Assembly (NCBI GenBank): GCA_002633005.1
Contig: NMRA01000051.1
Span: forward strand, 1-64,000
DNA from: Phoronis australis
Taxonomy: Eukaryota > Animalia > Phoronida
Length of the DNA: 64,000 nucleotides
Reading direction: 5' to 3'
The translations under genes were made by a program, and so were the position numbers. Below are positions 49,417 through 63,888 of this stretch, piece by piece (within the stretch, counting starts at the first letter, position 1; each line of letters starts with the position of its first letter). The notes below the pieces were generated by a model. The model was given only the letters and a program-made list of their open reading frames with translations. It made no database searches and was not told the origin of the DNA.

Positions 49417-52400
49417 ATGAGATACGATCTTTCGTTCCTACTCACCATAGGAATAATGGCCGAATATTTCAAAAAAACTTACGTAGGGCAAGTATGTGGT
49501 TATTCATCAGGTGCTCCAACTACAGCATGTATCGGCCTTTTACCTGACCACGGTGCGGCTGTTTCCGCTTCCCCATGTCCATTTAAGGTGAACGTTTCCA
49601 AGACAACGTATTATCCCGGAGAAACAATCACAGGTAAGTTAGTTGTGTTTTGGGGTCAACCATGCTGAACGGCGAAGACTGAACGCAGCGTTCATTTTAT
49701 TGGAGACCGTAACCACCCAAGCATCAATTATTACTCGCCTTCGAAAATTTCACCAGTTTCCAGAAGAATGCTACATAAACGGACAACTGCGAGAAGGGGA
49801 AAAGCGAGAGTTGCAGTGTTTGAAGGTAGTTAAAGCTGCATTTACTTCCAAGTATTAAAACAGGAAATTTATGAAATAGAATTATGAATTCTATCAGATC
49901 GGGCTCGAAATTTTCCTCTCCATGATGCAGAATGGCGTTTTATTAAGGATCGTAAGTCTAGGTGACATCCTTTTAGGGGTGACACCATAAACTAACAAGC
50001 TCTTGGCAACGGCTAAAAAAATGAGTGAATCGTAACACTTTTATCTTACAATGACTATAGGAATAGTGTTACCCCGAAATTACCCGTGAGTCTACCGCCG
50101 GTGGTACCAATACCCCAAACACACACCCGGGTTTGATGCATTCGTACTGGGTTTGGCGCACAGGTTAGGCAACCGTAATGTAATACATGTGGGGAACAGA
50201 CATTTCAACTTTATCCGCTTACTGTTACATTGTAGCAATTCACGCAATATTACATGGCAGGCCTGCAGCCAGGGCTGGAAGGGGGTCGAGGGGTTCGATC
50301 GAACCCCCCCTCCACGGAAAAGATCCAGTCCCAGCCTATCCGTTAAAGATAGGATACAGATGGACAACAACAAAATTGTTGCAGCTACTGGTACTACTAA
50401 CTACAATGATAACTGAGTTATAGTAATTATTTTGAATTTGCTTCCGATTCAAAGCGCTTCACGTAATCATCGGGCCGTACCCATCCAACGTCGTTCGCCG
50501 GAGTGGTATTTGTGGAGATGACAGGATCGTGCAAGAGGAGGGTTTATGTTACTCATCGGCATTGAACACGCGTGGTGGTTACACCGTAGGGAAACAAGGG
50601 AGTCTAGAAGTAAATGTCTATACCTAGCTAAGCTAAATAGCAGCGAGAGAACTCCCAAAAAGTCATGCGGTGCGAATGCCTTAAAATCCACCAAGTAACA
50701 AAACTGAGCAGAAAATAGCTTTGTTGTCTTTTATTGCTTGCTAGCATGGTACAGTAAAGGGCAGGCGTTTTCAAATTTGGAATTGAAAGTGTTTGCGAAA
50801 TACAGGTATGGTTTTCATCCAGTGTCCACTTCGACTGTGGAGAAGTAGGTCTAGACCCAATAAAAACTTTGGTCACTGTAGATAGACTTCTCTTGCCAAC
50901 AGTGTCAATGGTGCACAGCCTCACAGACTTCATACGTGCAACTAACTAACTTGATGGAAAAGATTTCCAAGGTTTGATGCCACTATTCCGAAGGTTCGAT
51001 ACTCCGAAGATTCGTCACCTTCGAAAGTTCACTACTTTGAATGTCTACAATTCCAAAACCAGAACTCCGACAGTTGTTTTTTTTCTTAAATATAAACACA
51101 GCTCCAGGCGTCGATTTCGCATTATATCCAGGCTCTAATTCACACTCTTGCACACATCCACTAGTAAGACCGAGCTCAGAGAAGTAGGACACACATTTGT
51201 CAAATGCTCGATTGTCAGCCAGTGAAGCCAGGATTTGAACCCAGATCTCCCAAACAGGAGTCCCGACCCTAAACCACTGAGCCACATAGTTCATTACTCT
51301 GATTGTCTGGTAATGAGTCGTAACAGACATGAATAAAGTATTGTATTTGTGTCCATTCAGTAACCACTTAAAGGGTGTGCAAAAGTTGAATAGTTCTTAA
51401 TTCATCGATTACATTATTTACAAATGAGCTCAGTTCCAATCACTGCCAATCGTGATTCTTGAATCTAAATATCGACTCATTCTCAAGAATGGACAACATC
51501 TGGGGCACTCGTCAGGGCTGCAGTGACCAACGGTTTTAAGTTTAAGACGACTGAAAGGGCTCTCTGATTTAGTGATGACTGGCAGGGCCAGAGTAGCTTG
51601 CTAACTACATTTAATTTCGACCCGGCCGTGTGCGTGGTTCCGGTGGGTGAGATTCAGGCGCAGCGGCCCTAAACTTTTCAGTCGCGCTGTGGAAAGATGC
51701 GACCTTGACATGAATTTGACGAATGTATCATGGTTGATAATTCATCAATATTCCCACTCCATATTTTCTAAAATGCAATAACGTTTTCATTTTCCGTGTT
51801 CGTAAGACATGCGGCAATTTCGCAAGCGGATGACATCCAAACAAAGTATTTTAGTACCCGGGCGTTAATGAAAACTCCACAGTGCCGATGTTTACATAAT
51901 ATCAAAGGTCCACCGTTCAAGAAATTCGAACCAACCCCTGGCAATGCTGTCTACAGGCCTGCATGGTCAACAGTGACATTTCGAACGTTACTACTTTAGT
52001 GTACAAGCCTATAAATTCACGTCCAATCTTTTCAAAAACGCCAAAATAAAGAGGAGTGCATGACCGTCAAAAACGGAAAGCTAATCAGGAAAAAACATAG
52101 GACATTTCGTGTAGCACGATATTCGAGTGGATGTTGTTAAGCGAAGCAGCGAAGGTGGAATTCGACAACGGTTATCAGAGTGGTTTTAAAAAGTTACGAC
52201 GAGTGGAGAAATTTTCTTATGGAGCTGAATGGGGTATACCAAAATGGATTTTGTATTCCATAGTGGGGCTGAGTGGGTGGGCGGGTTGGTGAGGGGTGAC
52301 AACAAGAATCTTCGCCCCGGGTGTCACCCACCATATAGGTACGCTGCTGATGTCATCTTTCAAAGGATGGTAAGTTAGAATGAAAACATGCAGTACTTTG

Positions 52401-54684
52401 CAGGCCTGCTTTTACATTTTAGTAAATTTCTTTATTCTTTGATTTATTTCAGTTACTCTCTACTCTTCCACTGCAAGCACATTTAGAGGTTTTATGGTTC
52501 AAGCTCGCGCTAAATACCCAGCAGACGGTACTACTCCCAGAGGAAGGTGGCTTACAGACGGCCTCCTGGCACAACTAATGAATTGCTCTGATGTTGAAGA
52601 TTCTGCAACGCACAATTTTCATTCAAATACCACAATGTTTGATAAAAGAGAGCTTGAGCTCACGTGGAAGTCCCCAGCAGACAACTCCTGCAGTAGTTAC
52701 TTCATAGAAATGAGGTAAGATTGTCACAAGTAAAAATTAGCAATAAAACTGGCCGGAAATATTATTGAACGTGTGAGGAAGTCCAGACAGCGGATGCCTG
52801 TCCTGGAATCCTTCAAAACCATCTCTGCCTTGTTACTCCATTTTAACTACGAATCCTTCCATATCTTTTTCTCGTTTGAATATGAAGCGACATGAAGGTT
52901 CTTTTAGCAAGAAATGTGCTTGTCTCATACGCAAAATATGCTGATCTACGCGTAGAAATGGCCATTCTACACGTACCAACCAAAGACAAGTTTATACATT
53001 CTGTACGAAACATCATGGCTGGCATCGATGGAGGGAACGCTTTGCATCTATAACTCGTCACCTCGGGGTTATGGAACTGAAACGAATGCTACTGATGTAA
53101 GCGTAATCGAAAATTGACATTTAAGTGAAGGCCCACCTTCATAAACAACGTTATGAATGGTTTCCCCATACGCCTGTTTTAGCTAGAAGTCCTAGCTCAA
53201 AACCTTTGATGAAACGCATCCCTGGAACTGTAAACTTTTAGACGTTAATTTTACAGGGAATTTAATTCCCTTTCTAAAAATCGGATTGGACAATATGAGG
53301 ACGTGAAGTGATATGAGTACACGTAGTATCATCCCTATACTACATCGAATGGACATTTCTGCGAGTAGAACACTATAACCACATGGTATGAAAACGACTT
53401 TCACTTTTAAACAGTTTTTGAATCATACTTGCCATATTACTTTAAAACGTTATGTTTAAACAGGGACATTGAAAAATGCCTCGTAACCATGCACGTGTGC
53501 TTCGTTCGCTATATAGTGAGTTTCAGGAGTTTACAGAGCTGCGTGGTAGATAAGTCGTTGTCACGTCTTCTCACTGTGCTGTAGTGGTAAAGTTAGGGGT
53601 AAGTAGGCGCCCAAAGCCCACCGTATCACCTTGATCACTGAGCCTAACTTACGGTGCGTAGGCGCTGCGTTCAAATGCCAAAAGGTGGTTGGCTGCACCT
53701 ACGTGCGCCTACGCCCCACTACAGCACTGCAAGTTCTCAGCTAGTGTCTTTTATAAGGACCAAAACCGTTTTTTCAGGGCGTCCTTTGTAAGGATCAAAG
53801 CCGACGTTTGGACTTTCATCACATCTCCGCCACTTTCTTGTACGTTGCCGTTGCCTCAGATATCTACATCGACGTCACTCGTTGACTCCACGTCGACTGC
53901 AACAACTAATAGTGAAAGCGCATTTCAAGTACCAAGTTCTTTCAATAACAGTTCATCGAGTAATCAAATTACATCAACCGTAGCAGTTGAAGTCGAACCA
54001 ACATCGTCATTTCGGACAATTGTCAGTTCTGAAACGACCACACCTGAAGCTGTGGTAAAGACCACAGATCACGTACAGACAGCACGAGTAATGACATTTT
54101 TTACTTCGCTAACGGACGAAACCAGTCCTGTTGTATCGAGTTCAATTGCAACGTTTTCTTCATTTCAGTCAGTTTCACCAACGAGTGAACCTGACAGTTT
54201 TATGACTTCACAGGTCGTCGAAACTACGTCATTGTCTCATTTTATGACTTCACAGGCAATCGAAACTAAATCATTGTCTCAATGGACTACACAGCTTTCT
54301 GTGACTAGCGCAAGCAAGTCAGTGGAAGAACTGTCGCCATCTAGTTCCATCTTCTTTTCATACGAGTTGCAGTCATCGACAACTTCTGCCGCTTTAGACA
54401 GTCCAACGAAACTACCTCCAAACGACGTCTCGCAAGGGGAAAATGAAAGACAAAATTTACAATCCGATAGACATGATTTATCGCAGAAGCAGTTACAGGG
54501 AACAATTTTGTGGTTTTTGTTGGGACTGTATCTTACTTTTATTATCGCCATGAAAGTAGTGCGGCAAAAATTAGCAGCCGACAATCTTGTACTAAGACGG
54601 AACGGAAGTGCGATGCAGTTGCTGAGAAGCAATAGCATTAGTCCAACTGATGTAGAAGTGACAAGTACGACTTCGTATTTCTAG
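49417..54684 (+). CDS. Reeler-domain protein with Ser/Thr-rich stalk, single TM helix and short tail (461 aa)
   Basis: Exons 49417-49633, 52453-52714 and 53778-54684 total 1386 nt in phase. Reeler motifs GYSSGAPTTACIGLLPDH, YYPGETITVTL, FRGFMVQAR, C...ATH...K...LTWKSP, RASFV. S/T-rich stalk; TM ILWFLLGLYLTFIIAM. Confidence 0.88.
49928..52349. mobile_element. Degenerate DNA element with nested inserts in Reeler intron 1
   Basis: ggggtgaca subterminal motifs near 49975 and 52292-52330 (gggtgtcaccc...tacgctgctg); boundaries uncertain. Confidence 0.35.
51221..51290 (-). mobile_element. tRNA-derived SINE head
   Basis: Reverse complement tgtggctcagtggtttaggg (A box) ... gggttcaaatcc (B box). Confidence 0.6.
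53574..53729. mobile_element. MITE
   Basis: TIR c[t/a]gtgctgtagtgg / ccactacagcactg; internal gtaggcgc repeats. Confidence 0.7.
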
Positions 54685-57576
54685 AACCAGACAGTCTCAT
54701 TTTTAGAAAACGATGACGGAACGGGGTATCTAGATGTAAATAACTCGTGCGTCATCCGTAAAAATTTTTACTTACTCATAGACCCAAATACCCGGTGGTA
54801 TGAAACAAGTGCCAACTCAACTAAGGTCCCTAAATCAACTAAGTATCTGTGGATTTGTGAAAGCACCGATTGTCCGTATTTGTTCTGTTTTAGTTTGATT
54901 ACTAAATTAATTGTTGACTTTGACATAAATCAAGAGTGAACTCTCAATATTATCGATGATAAATAGGTATCTTTTCATGCACCGCCCCTAATTTAAATAC
55001 CAAGTCCCCACTTATTTTCATTAAATTTAGGGCCATTAGCCAAAGAGGAGGTCATAATAAAGATTACATGATAGAAAAAGATTATAACTGCGAGTGAACT
55101 CACTGTACGAACTTGACCAACTTGCGGCTTACAGGGAAGATTGGATGCTGAAGAATTGCACACTCTCAAAACCATGGCCCTGAACAAAGTTTGACTCATG
55201 AAGAAAAACCAACTAAGTTAACAAAACATGAATAACTTTATTGTAATTTGTATTAGAAGCACAAAATAAGACTTGGTAAAATCTCACCACCTTAGGACAG
55301 TCAAGAGAATAAGCAAATATTTTTGTCATAAAAATAAGTAGCACCAAGCCAATGCTTCATAATTTTTTAATATTCCATACCAAACATACTACACATTATG
55401 TATTGGGAAAGAGTGAGCATTCACAAAGTTGGCAGCTTTTGAAAAAACAGATTAAACCAATTTTGGCACACATTTTTATCCTAAATTGGTGAAATTTTAT
55501 CCTAATAACTTAGAAACAATTCGGATAATACATCAGTCAGACATATCATTACAGTGCGAACTCCTCCTGACTGTCATTGGTTTATTAGACAAAACGCACA
55601 GTTATGGTTCCAAATTAGAAGTTACACATGACTAACAGATACCACTCAAGAATTCTCACAGAGTATAAACATATTTTGGTCACTATTCAGAAACTATACA
55701 ACTAAGTAATTAACCAGTAGTAAATCAGTTTTTTAAATTTATTCTAATACTCACACGTCTAACTCACATTACTTACATTCAGTACTGTTGGTCTCAATGT
55801 CAATTTTACTGCAAAATTTTACATCACTAAGACAGCGCCCTCTATCAGGAGAAGTAGACAGGAAAAACAGGTCCATGCACCAGTTTGAAAATCTTCTTAA
55901 GAAAAGAATTTTGCTTAAACTGGAATTTTTGTATGTGTACATGTTGCTTTCTACACCCTAGTATTTTGTTTTTAACTTTCTTGGTGAAATAAAACAGCTG
56001 CATTGGTTTAAAATGTTCTTGGTTTATATCATTTGTTCATTTGAAATTTCCATTACACTGTACTGTAAACAAGTTGATATAATTATGTCAACTTACGAAT
56101 GTTTAAAACCAACGCCTGTTGTAACACAGCCCAACTGCAGTGACAATACACAAAATTAACACTTTCACTTTCACATACAGATAAGATCACTACATTTAAT
56201 TTCACACATACATGCCAAATAATGACACTTTTTCCTGATTATGCTACACCAAACAATTATCAAATTGGTGCATCTTAGTAAATGATCATAACTTAAACAC
56301 ATAGCCAATCACTTTGCCACAAACTGTTCTCTAAACCAATTTCTAGAACAGAGATTGTTCACTTTTTCAAAGAATTACACAGTGCACAAAATGAACACTA
56401 ACCAAGACTAGAAAAAGACCATCCCTACACAGAGTGGTCAAAACTGCATGTCTGCGTGACCACTAAATCTCAATTGCAATTTTTCAAATATTAACCAAGT
56501 GTACAACAAAAATGTAAGAGTCCAGAGGCCACTCTTGCACTGGCTTAATATGTACTGGGGAATAATAGTATCATACGCACAGCCACTTTGTAAATCTCAA
56601 AAAATGTGGTCAGTGAGGCAAATTGATAACCACCTCGTGACATTAAAACATGTCTATATTTCAGCGAGACAATAGCTCCACAGTTTGTTCAGTTACACAT
56701 TCCGAACTACAACCTGAATGTACCTGCCAGACCAGTAACACAACTCAAATATTATACATCTCATAAATCCGAAGACTAACAATTCATGTCTAAATAATTA
56801 AGTCTCATTGACATATTTTCAACTATTTGTAATCATAGACATAGCAGTGAGGCTACTCACAGCAGCGCCATCCTTGCAAACCAAGTTTACATATTAAGCA
56901 ATAAAGTAAATTAAGTGAGCAATTAAAATTTGTCAATTACGAAAAAAACAGAACCAAATACAACCATAAAATGGCTCACTCGGTTCAAAATGACCGCTTC
57001 TCTGCCGTTAACTTGTACACCATCTGCAAAACACATGAAGAAATTAGTGGTACTTTGTGTAACACAGAATCCAGAATAAGTGCTAGGACTTAAACCAAAA
57101 AAGTACAATTCAAGTTGAAAACAACTGCCTACGCCATTGCATTTATGTCCAAAAAATGTTTTGGTTGGGAATGACTTCTTGAAATTCTATCTTTGATCAG
57201 AGCCATAAAATTTGCAGAGCATAATCTCAAGCTATAGCAGTAGGTGGCCTTCAGTGAATCGAGCAACTCCTTAGCATTTTGACAGGTGGTGCATGTTTAA
57301 AGGACCATGACAAATGTAATAACTCAACCACGTGTTACAGGGGGAAACAAGTCTGGTCTCAACCTGCAAAAAGCCATATTGCTTTTGGTGCATCAACGTT
57401 GAAATATACCCAGGCCAACATAGAATAACTTCTGGAAGTTACTAAGTACTTAGAAACTTGTTACGGAACATGTTGATACCAAGTCAATTGTTGTAAGAGG
57501 CCTTAAAACTGGGTTTTGACTTCCAAAGTTGTTTTCAGTCTTCAAAATAAAATCAAAAATAACTCACTCTCAGCAA

Positions 57577-60500
57577 AATATCAAGAGGTCGATTAATTTA
57601 ATAGCACCCTTACCTTAGCTTGATTTGTGTTTTCCATTACTTATCACATGGTTATTACAATTGTTCATGTGACTCTCCTTAGGCAGTGGCTTGGTGATAG
57701 AGAATGCATTGATGTTAAAATGTTCAGCCATTTCTTCAACCTGTAATGATGTTCATGATACAACCTGTATGACCTATCACACATATGCAGCTTTGGGCAG
57801 CCTGGTACAGTGCAGCACTTTTTACTCCCATAGGCTAACAAGAGATGATTATCATGAATACCAATCAAATTCCAACACTACACTCTCTACAAAAAGGAGA
57901 CTGCACCTCATAAAATGTTTTTGTTTCTATGATTGAGACTGAACTCCTACTTCTGCAGTAGTTAATCTTAATCCCCATTTTAATACATGGCATCGGGAAG
58001 CAACGACTTAAAATATTTCCATATTTTTTGCTAAAGGTATTCTTTGACAAAGAATATTGAATTTGATACCAAATATTAAAATGAAACCACTGTTAACCAC
58101 CATTAGATAACACAAACATTTATCTAACGTGAGAAAACCTGATGGGCATGCTGCCATGTTCTATAAAATACACTCATACGTGTGATTTAATCCACTGCAC
58201 TGTGGAGGGATGACTAGCAGTGAACTTTTTCATTTTTGTTTTATAGAGTTTACTGCTCGCTATGAGGGATAAATAGATAATTTCATACTCTCATCCATTA
58301 TTTTCCTTCTCTATGCCCTTAATGAGACTCCTCCAAATCCTACTCTGGGTCTAGATTCAGGAAATAACAGCCTCGCCATGTAACAAAGTATATATACGTT
58401 TTAAAAATATCCAGAAATTTTAGTTATAGTTTTCATTCAGCTTACAGCTCTTGGGCAACATGGCGACTCTGCTTCAAGAAACCAATCATGACTCACCAAG
58501 AAATCTTTTCGCCAAAATACTTAACAATAACAAGAAAAGTTACGAAAATCATCTGTGAACTTACCACACATATACCATAGTGCAGGTGACTTAGCACTAC
58601 AGCTACACAGTAGCCCCATAGTAAATAATATTCGTATACACCTATATCCACGGCAACAGACACAGCTACTATGGGGACGAGAGGCACTAGCAACCAGCTG
58701 AACACCTCACACCTTGTATTACTCATTTGGTTGACGATGAGGCGACACTGAAATACAAAATAAATTGTTACAAACAAAAGAAAAAAAAAACACTTCCAAT
58801 TCGTCATTGCTACCTTTGATATACTTCAAATATAAAACTGAATGCAATTTATATTTTTAGAAATTAATATTTAGAGCAAAACTGACTTGCTTGACAAGCG
58901 TTTTTCATTTATCAAAAATCCAGATCTATAATCAAACTTTTATGGGTTGAGAATGAAATGAGCTTAACAGTTTATTTAATGATAAGTGAATGGATTTCAT
59001 AGAAGTTGACAATAACCTTAAAACAGAACTGTTTAGATTACCACGGGAATTGGAAGTTTTCATTGACACAGTATTTAAACAAGAGCAACGCAGAGCGTTG
59101 AAATGCGCCCACAATTGCACCGCATACGGTANAATATCAAGAGGTCGATTAATTTAATAGCACCCTTACCTTAGCTTGATTTGTGTTTTCCATTACTTAT
59201 CACATGGTTATTACAATTGTTCATGTGACTCTCCTTAGGCAGTGGCTTGGTGATAGAGAATGCATTGATGTTAAAATGTTCAGCCATTTCTTCAACCTGT
59301 AATGATGTTCATGATACAACCTGTATGACCTATCACACATATGCAGCTTTGGGCAGCCTGGTACAGTGCAGCACTTTTTACTCCCATAGGCTAACAAGAG
59401 ATGATTATCATGAATACCAATCAAATTCCAACACTACACTCTCTACAAAAGGGAGACTGCACCTCATAAAATGTTTTTGTTTCTATGATTGAGAGTGAAC
59501 TCTGACATGAACTCCTACTTCTGCAGTAGTTAACCTTAATCCCCATTTCAATACATGGCATCAGGGTAGCAACGACTTAAAACATTGCCATATTTTTTGC
59601 TAAAGGTATTCTTTGACAAAGAATATTGAATTTGATGCCAAATATCAATATGAAACCAATGATAACCACCATTAGATAACACAAACATTTATCTAACGTG
59701 AGAAAACCTGATGGGCATGCTGCCATGTTCTATAAAATACACACATACGTGTGGTTTGATCCACTGCACTATGGAGGGATGACTAGCATTGAGCTTTTTC
59801 ATTTTTGTTTTATAGAGTTTATTGCTCACTATGAGGGATAAATAGATTACCGGTATTTCATACTCTCATCCATTATTTTCCTTCTCTATGCCCTTAGTGA
59901 TACTCCTCCAAATCCTACTCTGGGTCTAGATTCAGGAAATAACAACCTCGCCATGTAACAAAGTATATATATGTTTTAAAAATATCCAGAAATTTTAGTT
60001 ATAGTTTTCATTCAGCTTACAGCTCTTGGGCAACATGGCGACTCTGCTTCAAGAAACCAATCATGACTCACCAAGAAATCTTTTCGCCAAAATACTTAAC
60101 AATAACAAGAAAAGTTATGAAAATCATCTGTGAACTTACCACACATATACCATAGTGCAGGTGACTTAGCACTACAGCTACACAGTAGCCCCATAGTAAA
60201 TAATATTCGTATACACCTATATCCACGGCAACTGACACAGCTACTATGGGGACGAGAGGCACTAGCAACCAGCTGAACACCTCACACCTTGTATTACTCA
60301 TTTGGTTGACGATGAGGCGACACTGAAATACAAAATAAATTGTTACAAACAAAAGAAAAAAAACACTTCCAATTCGTCATTGCTACCTTTGATATACTTC
60401 AAATATAAAACTGAATGCAATTTATATTTTTAGAAATTAATATTTAGAGCAAAACTGACTTGCTTGACAAGCGTTTTTCATTTATCAAAAATCCATATCT

Positions 60501-60648
60501 ATAATCAAACTTTTATGGGTTGAGAATGAAATGAGCTTAACAGTTTATTTGATAAGTGAGTGGATTTTATAGAAGTTGACAATAACATTAAACAGAACTA
60601 TTTAGATTAACGTGGGAATTGGAAGTTTTCATTAACACAGTATTCAAA
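57577..60648. repeat. ~1.5-kb near-identical tandem duplication across an N (57577-59079 vs 59133-60648)
   Basis: Offset 1556 at the start; scattered SNPs and small indels; N at 59132. Confidence 0.93.
57615..58747 (-). CDS. SELENOI: Duplicate of the last two coding exons of SELENOI/EPT1 (probably allelic)
   Basis: Exons 58747-58565 and 57740-57615 encode the same peptides as 60322-60140 and 59296-59171. Confidence 0.8.
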
Positions 60649-61936
60649 TAATTATCCCCAATTGCTAATTCACTCCCTTACGATGCTGGAAAGTTATGTC
60701 ATTCCTACTAGCAGAAACCAACAGTGGTGTTTATGTTAACAGTACCTGCTTAGGAAACGACAAATGAAAATGTCTTTGGCGAGAATTTCTCACAATACAT
60801 CTTCAACAGATTGATAAGGACAAAGAAAATACACAACAGATGTTTGTGGTCGAAGCCCAACTCATATTGAAATCTGTGCCTCACCTTTTAAAAAACACCC
60901 ACCCACATCATTCTTAGTGAGTTTGTTTTTTTCAAAACCTACACAAACATTATCTAAGCTATTTTTTAATGAGTTGACTTAGCAACACATCAAAAATCAC
61001 CTTTCTCGTGACCTTAATTTGAATGGGATTTTACTCGTGGATATTAATACATTATTGTTTAACACGCTCCTTAAAAATGTGGTGATCAATCTAGGTGCAC
61101 CCGACATAAGACAGAAAACTAACAATCTCAAATAGCAGCTTGGAGAACAGTGAATAAAGCATAATATCTGAGACAAGCTTACTTGAATAGCCATATCTGA
61201 GATATGACATTACAAAATCAGCCAAATTTCTACATTTTCTAAGCTTACATAAAACTTTTAACACCACATTCTTTGTAAAGCAGTGAAATATCTAACTACA
61301 AGGACAGCACAGACAGGTAAACACACAACTACCATCTATACACAGCTGCGGACTAAAAATCCTCACAAAGTTTTCAACAATGAACCCATTTAACGCGTCT
61401 ATCCTGTCTTCAATGAACTGAAGTTTGGAAGTGTTGAAACTACCTGTCAGAAACTTACCGTGATGTTGGAAAAAACTGTTCCACTAGTGAAGTAAAAGAG
61501 CCTGGGGTATTTCTCCAGAACATCATAATGTGTATAGAAACCCCAGATGGAGAACGAACTGAACAAGACGAAGGTGGGGAACAGGGGCAGCATTAGTTCG
61601 TAAAAAGAGTGCATCTTGCCTGTACGATCTCGGTAGGATCTGAAAAATGAAGAACCATTTCACGGTGTTGAAAGTGTACCACAAGGCTAAAATAAACAGA
61701 ACTGGTTGCACTAATATTCTCAGACACTAGAATTTTGTTAAGCACGAAATTCAGTTTGTAAACAGAATTTAGCTTTTAAGAAAACATGAGTGCGTTAAAG
61801 AAAAGTTGCTGCCAAGATGCAAATTCCTTTAAGTCACTTTAGAGTGAGGGAAATAACCAACAACTTAGCTATAATTGAATGACTTACTTTATAATATTGA
61901 ATATAGTCATTGGCACTGACAGACCCAGGGATCCAA
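59171..61936 (-). CDS. SELENOI: Ethanolaminephosphotransferase 1 (SELENOI/EPT1), 3' exons; 5' exons not found, probably beyond right edge
   Basis: Exons 61936-61888, 61639-61459, 60322-60140 and 59296-59171 are in phase. Peptides [79 protein letters not shown] match the EPT1 C-terminal half. Confidence 0.9.
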
Positions 61937-63888
61937 CTAAAAGGAAAGATAGTGAAATAACATTAACAAATAACTTCCTAAAATAGCTTTGTGGTGGTGA
62001 CGTAGTAACACCATTTTTAAAAGCTATTAGTCTATTTACACTCACTTAAGCAAAGCTGAGTCTCTGAGAACATATCCATATACCCATACTTAGGGGTTAT
62101 CTAAACAATTTGTATTAATTATTGATAAACTGTGAGGTGCTAACAACTACATGGGAGCAATTATTTACTGATAGCAGAGAGGAACAAGATTAAAATTTAT
62201 CCTGAATTATGCTGCAGCTCCATTTAACCAAAAACTTGCAGCATGCCATAGTTATTGTTTCTCAAAATGAGAAAAAGAACAGCGCCACCTTTGGAAGGAA
62301 TTAACATCTACTTAAACATGTCTGCTACAGAACGATCGTCAATCAACTTACAGCCAGAATGTTGAATTTGATAGATTACGTTCTTAATTTTTGATACTTA
62401 AAAACAAAAACAAACAATAAAATGATGATCTCTGCTACCGAAATATGCAAATTCTATTCAAAATCTCCGATTATGTGAAAGACGTCAGATTTCATGAATT
62501 CTGTCCATTGTATGTCATCACGAAAATCAAAGGTTTTTACCAATCATGCAGGATGTATTCAGCCTTAATCTGTATAAACCACTGAACTCACAATTCCCTT
62601 GAGAAATAGGACTGAGGAGTTGCACACGAGTCACCAGCAAGTTGCAATGTGTTTACATATATTTCTCATTTTACACGGCAACTCGGAGTATCACTTGTTA
62701 ACCATAAAATTTTTTTATCCAGAAAAAGGCCAATGACTGGATCTCACAGGTGTCTCCTGCAAACACTGGGGCCAATCTACTGAGTAACAATACCTAGAAC
62801 GTCTTAATTTAGGGCAAAATGTTTTGTAAAGCAAAAAGCAAGCAACTTCAAGTAACACCTATACAAATGCAAAACCTTAGAAATGGAATCAGGTAGATTT
62901 CTTAAGACAACCACTTACTGACCATATGTAATGAAACATTATGCTAACAAGCTTAGCTAGTCGTGTACAAGCAGTCGACATCCGCTCCTCTTTCTAAGAG
63001 CCTCACTTGTTTCAAAAACTATAGCTGTGCTGTTCCAACAATCTTGACTTACTGTGCAATGCCAGTTCAAAACACTCAGCCGACGACCATCCCAAATACG
63101 GCACGTGGAACTTCCACATCTCAAACGTTCCAAAAAACGTGAGCGCGTAGACAAATGTCATCGACTAGAATACAAACAGAACAGTCTATGACATATAACT
63201 CATTATCTTCGAGGCTGGGAATTGAATAATTTAGTAAGTTCCACAGGAACAAGATGTTGAAGTCCTTCACTAGCAAAGGTATGCTCACTGGCACACAATA
63301 GTCGGCAATAGTCCTGAATTTCGAGAACCAGTTTGATACCCGTGATTTTGTGGAGAAAACTGGTTATCAAAATGCAGGACTATTATTTAACAGTCAATAG
63401 TTTCACTTACACACATCACATTTTACTTAGTTCCAAATGCAAGCCTAGGATATTTACATTGTATTTCAAATTTCTCGAATCACATTGTTGTATCCAGAAT
63501 TCAATGATTCTTATCGATATCATCACACTTAACCAATGTAACCTTTTGACCTTTTGACATTATAAGCACATGGAGGGGGGAGTGTGAATACAAATTGCTT
63601 TTAGTCTGCTCTTTCAAATCAACAACCCCCCATAGTTTTTCCTCTCTTGTGCTTATAGCATAATTATAAAGCTGGCCTGCAAATGGGACATCGTTAATAC
63701 AAGTACAAATACAATAAAACAAAAAAGCCAACACATTTGAAAAGAATAATAAGTTAAATACTAATATTAGTATTTCTAAACGCACAGAAATGATAATATC
63801 TGGTGAATTTTACAAAACTAGCATTCATAACGACACTTTACCTATCTGAATACTTCATTTTTTGAAATTAAAATAAGCTTTTCCTGTC

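Noticed and set aside
51570-51670. GC-rich stretch as a SECIS or structured RNA
   Set aside because: Intronic, and no convincing SECIS core or tRNA fold by eye
53689-53777. N-terminus of the 331-aa ORF
   Set aside because: Intronic and MITE-derived; the real exon starts after the acceptor at 53777
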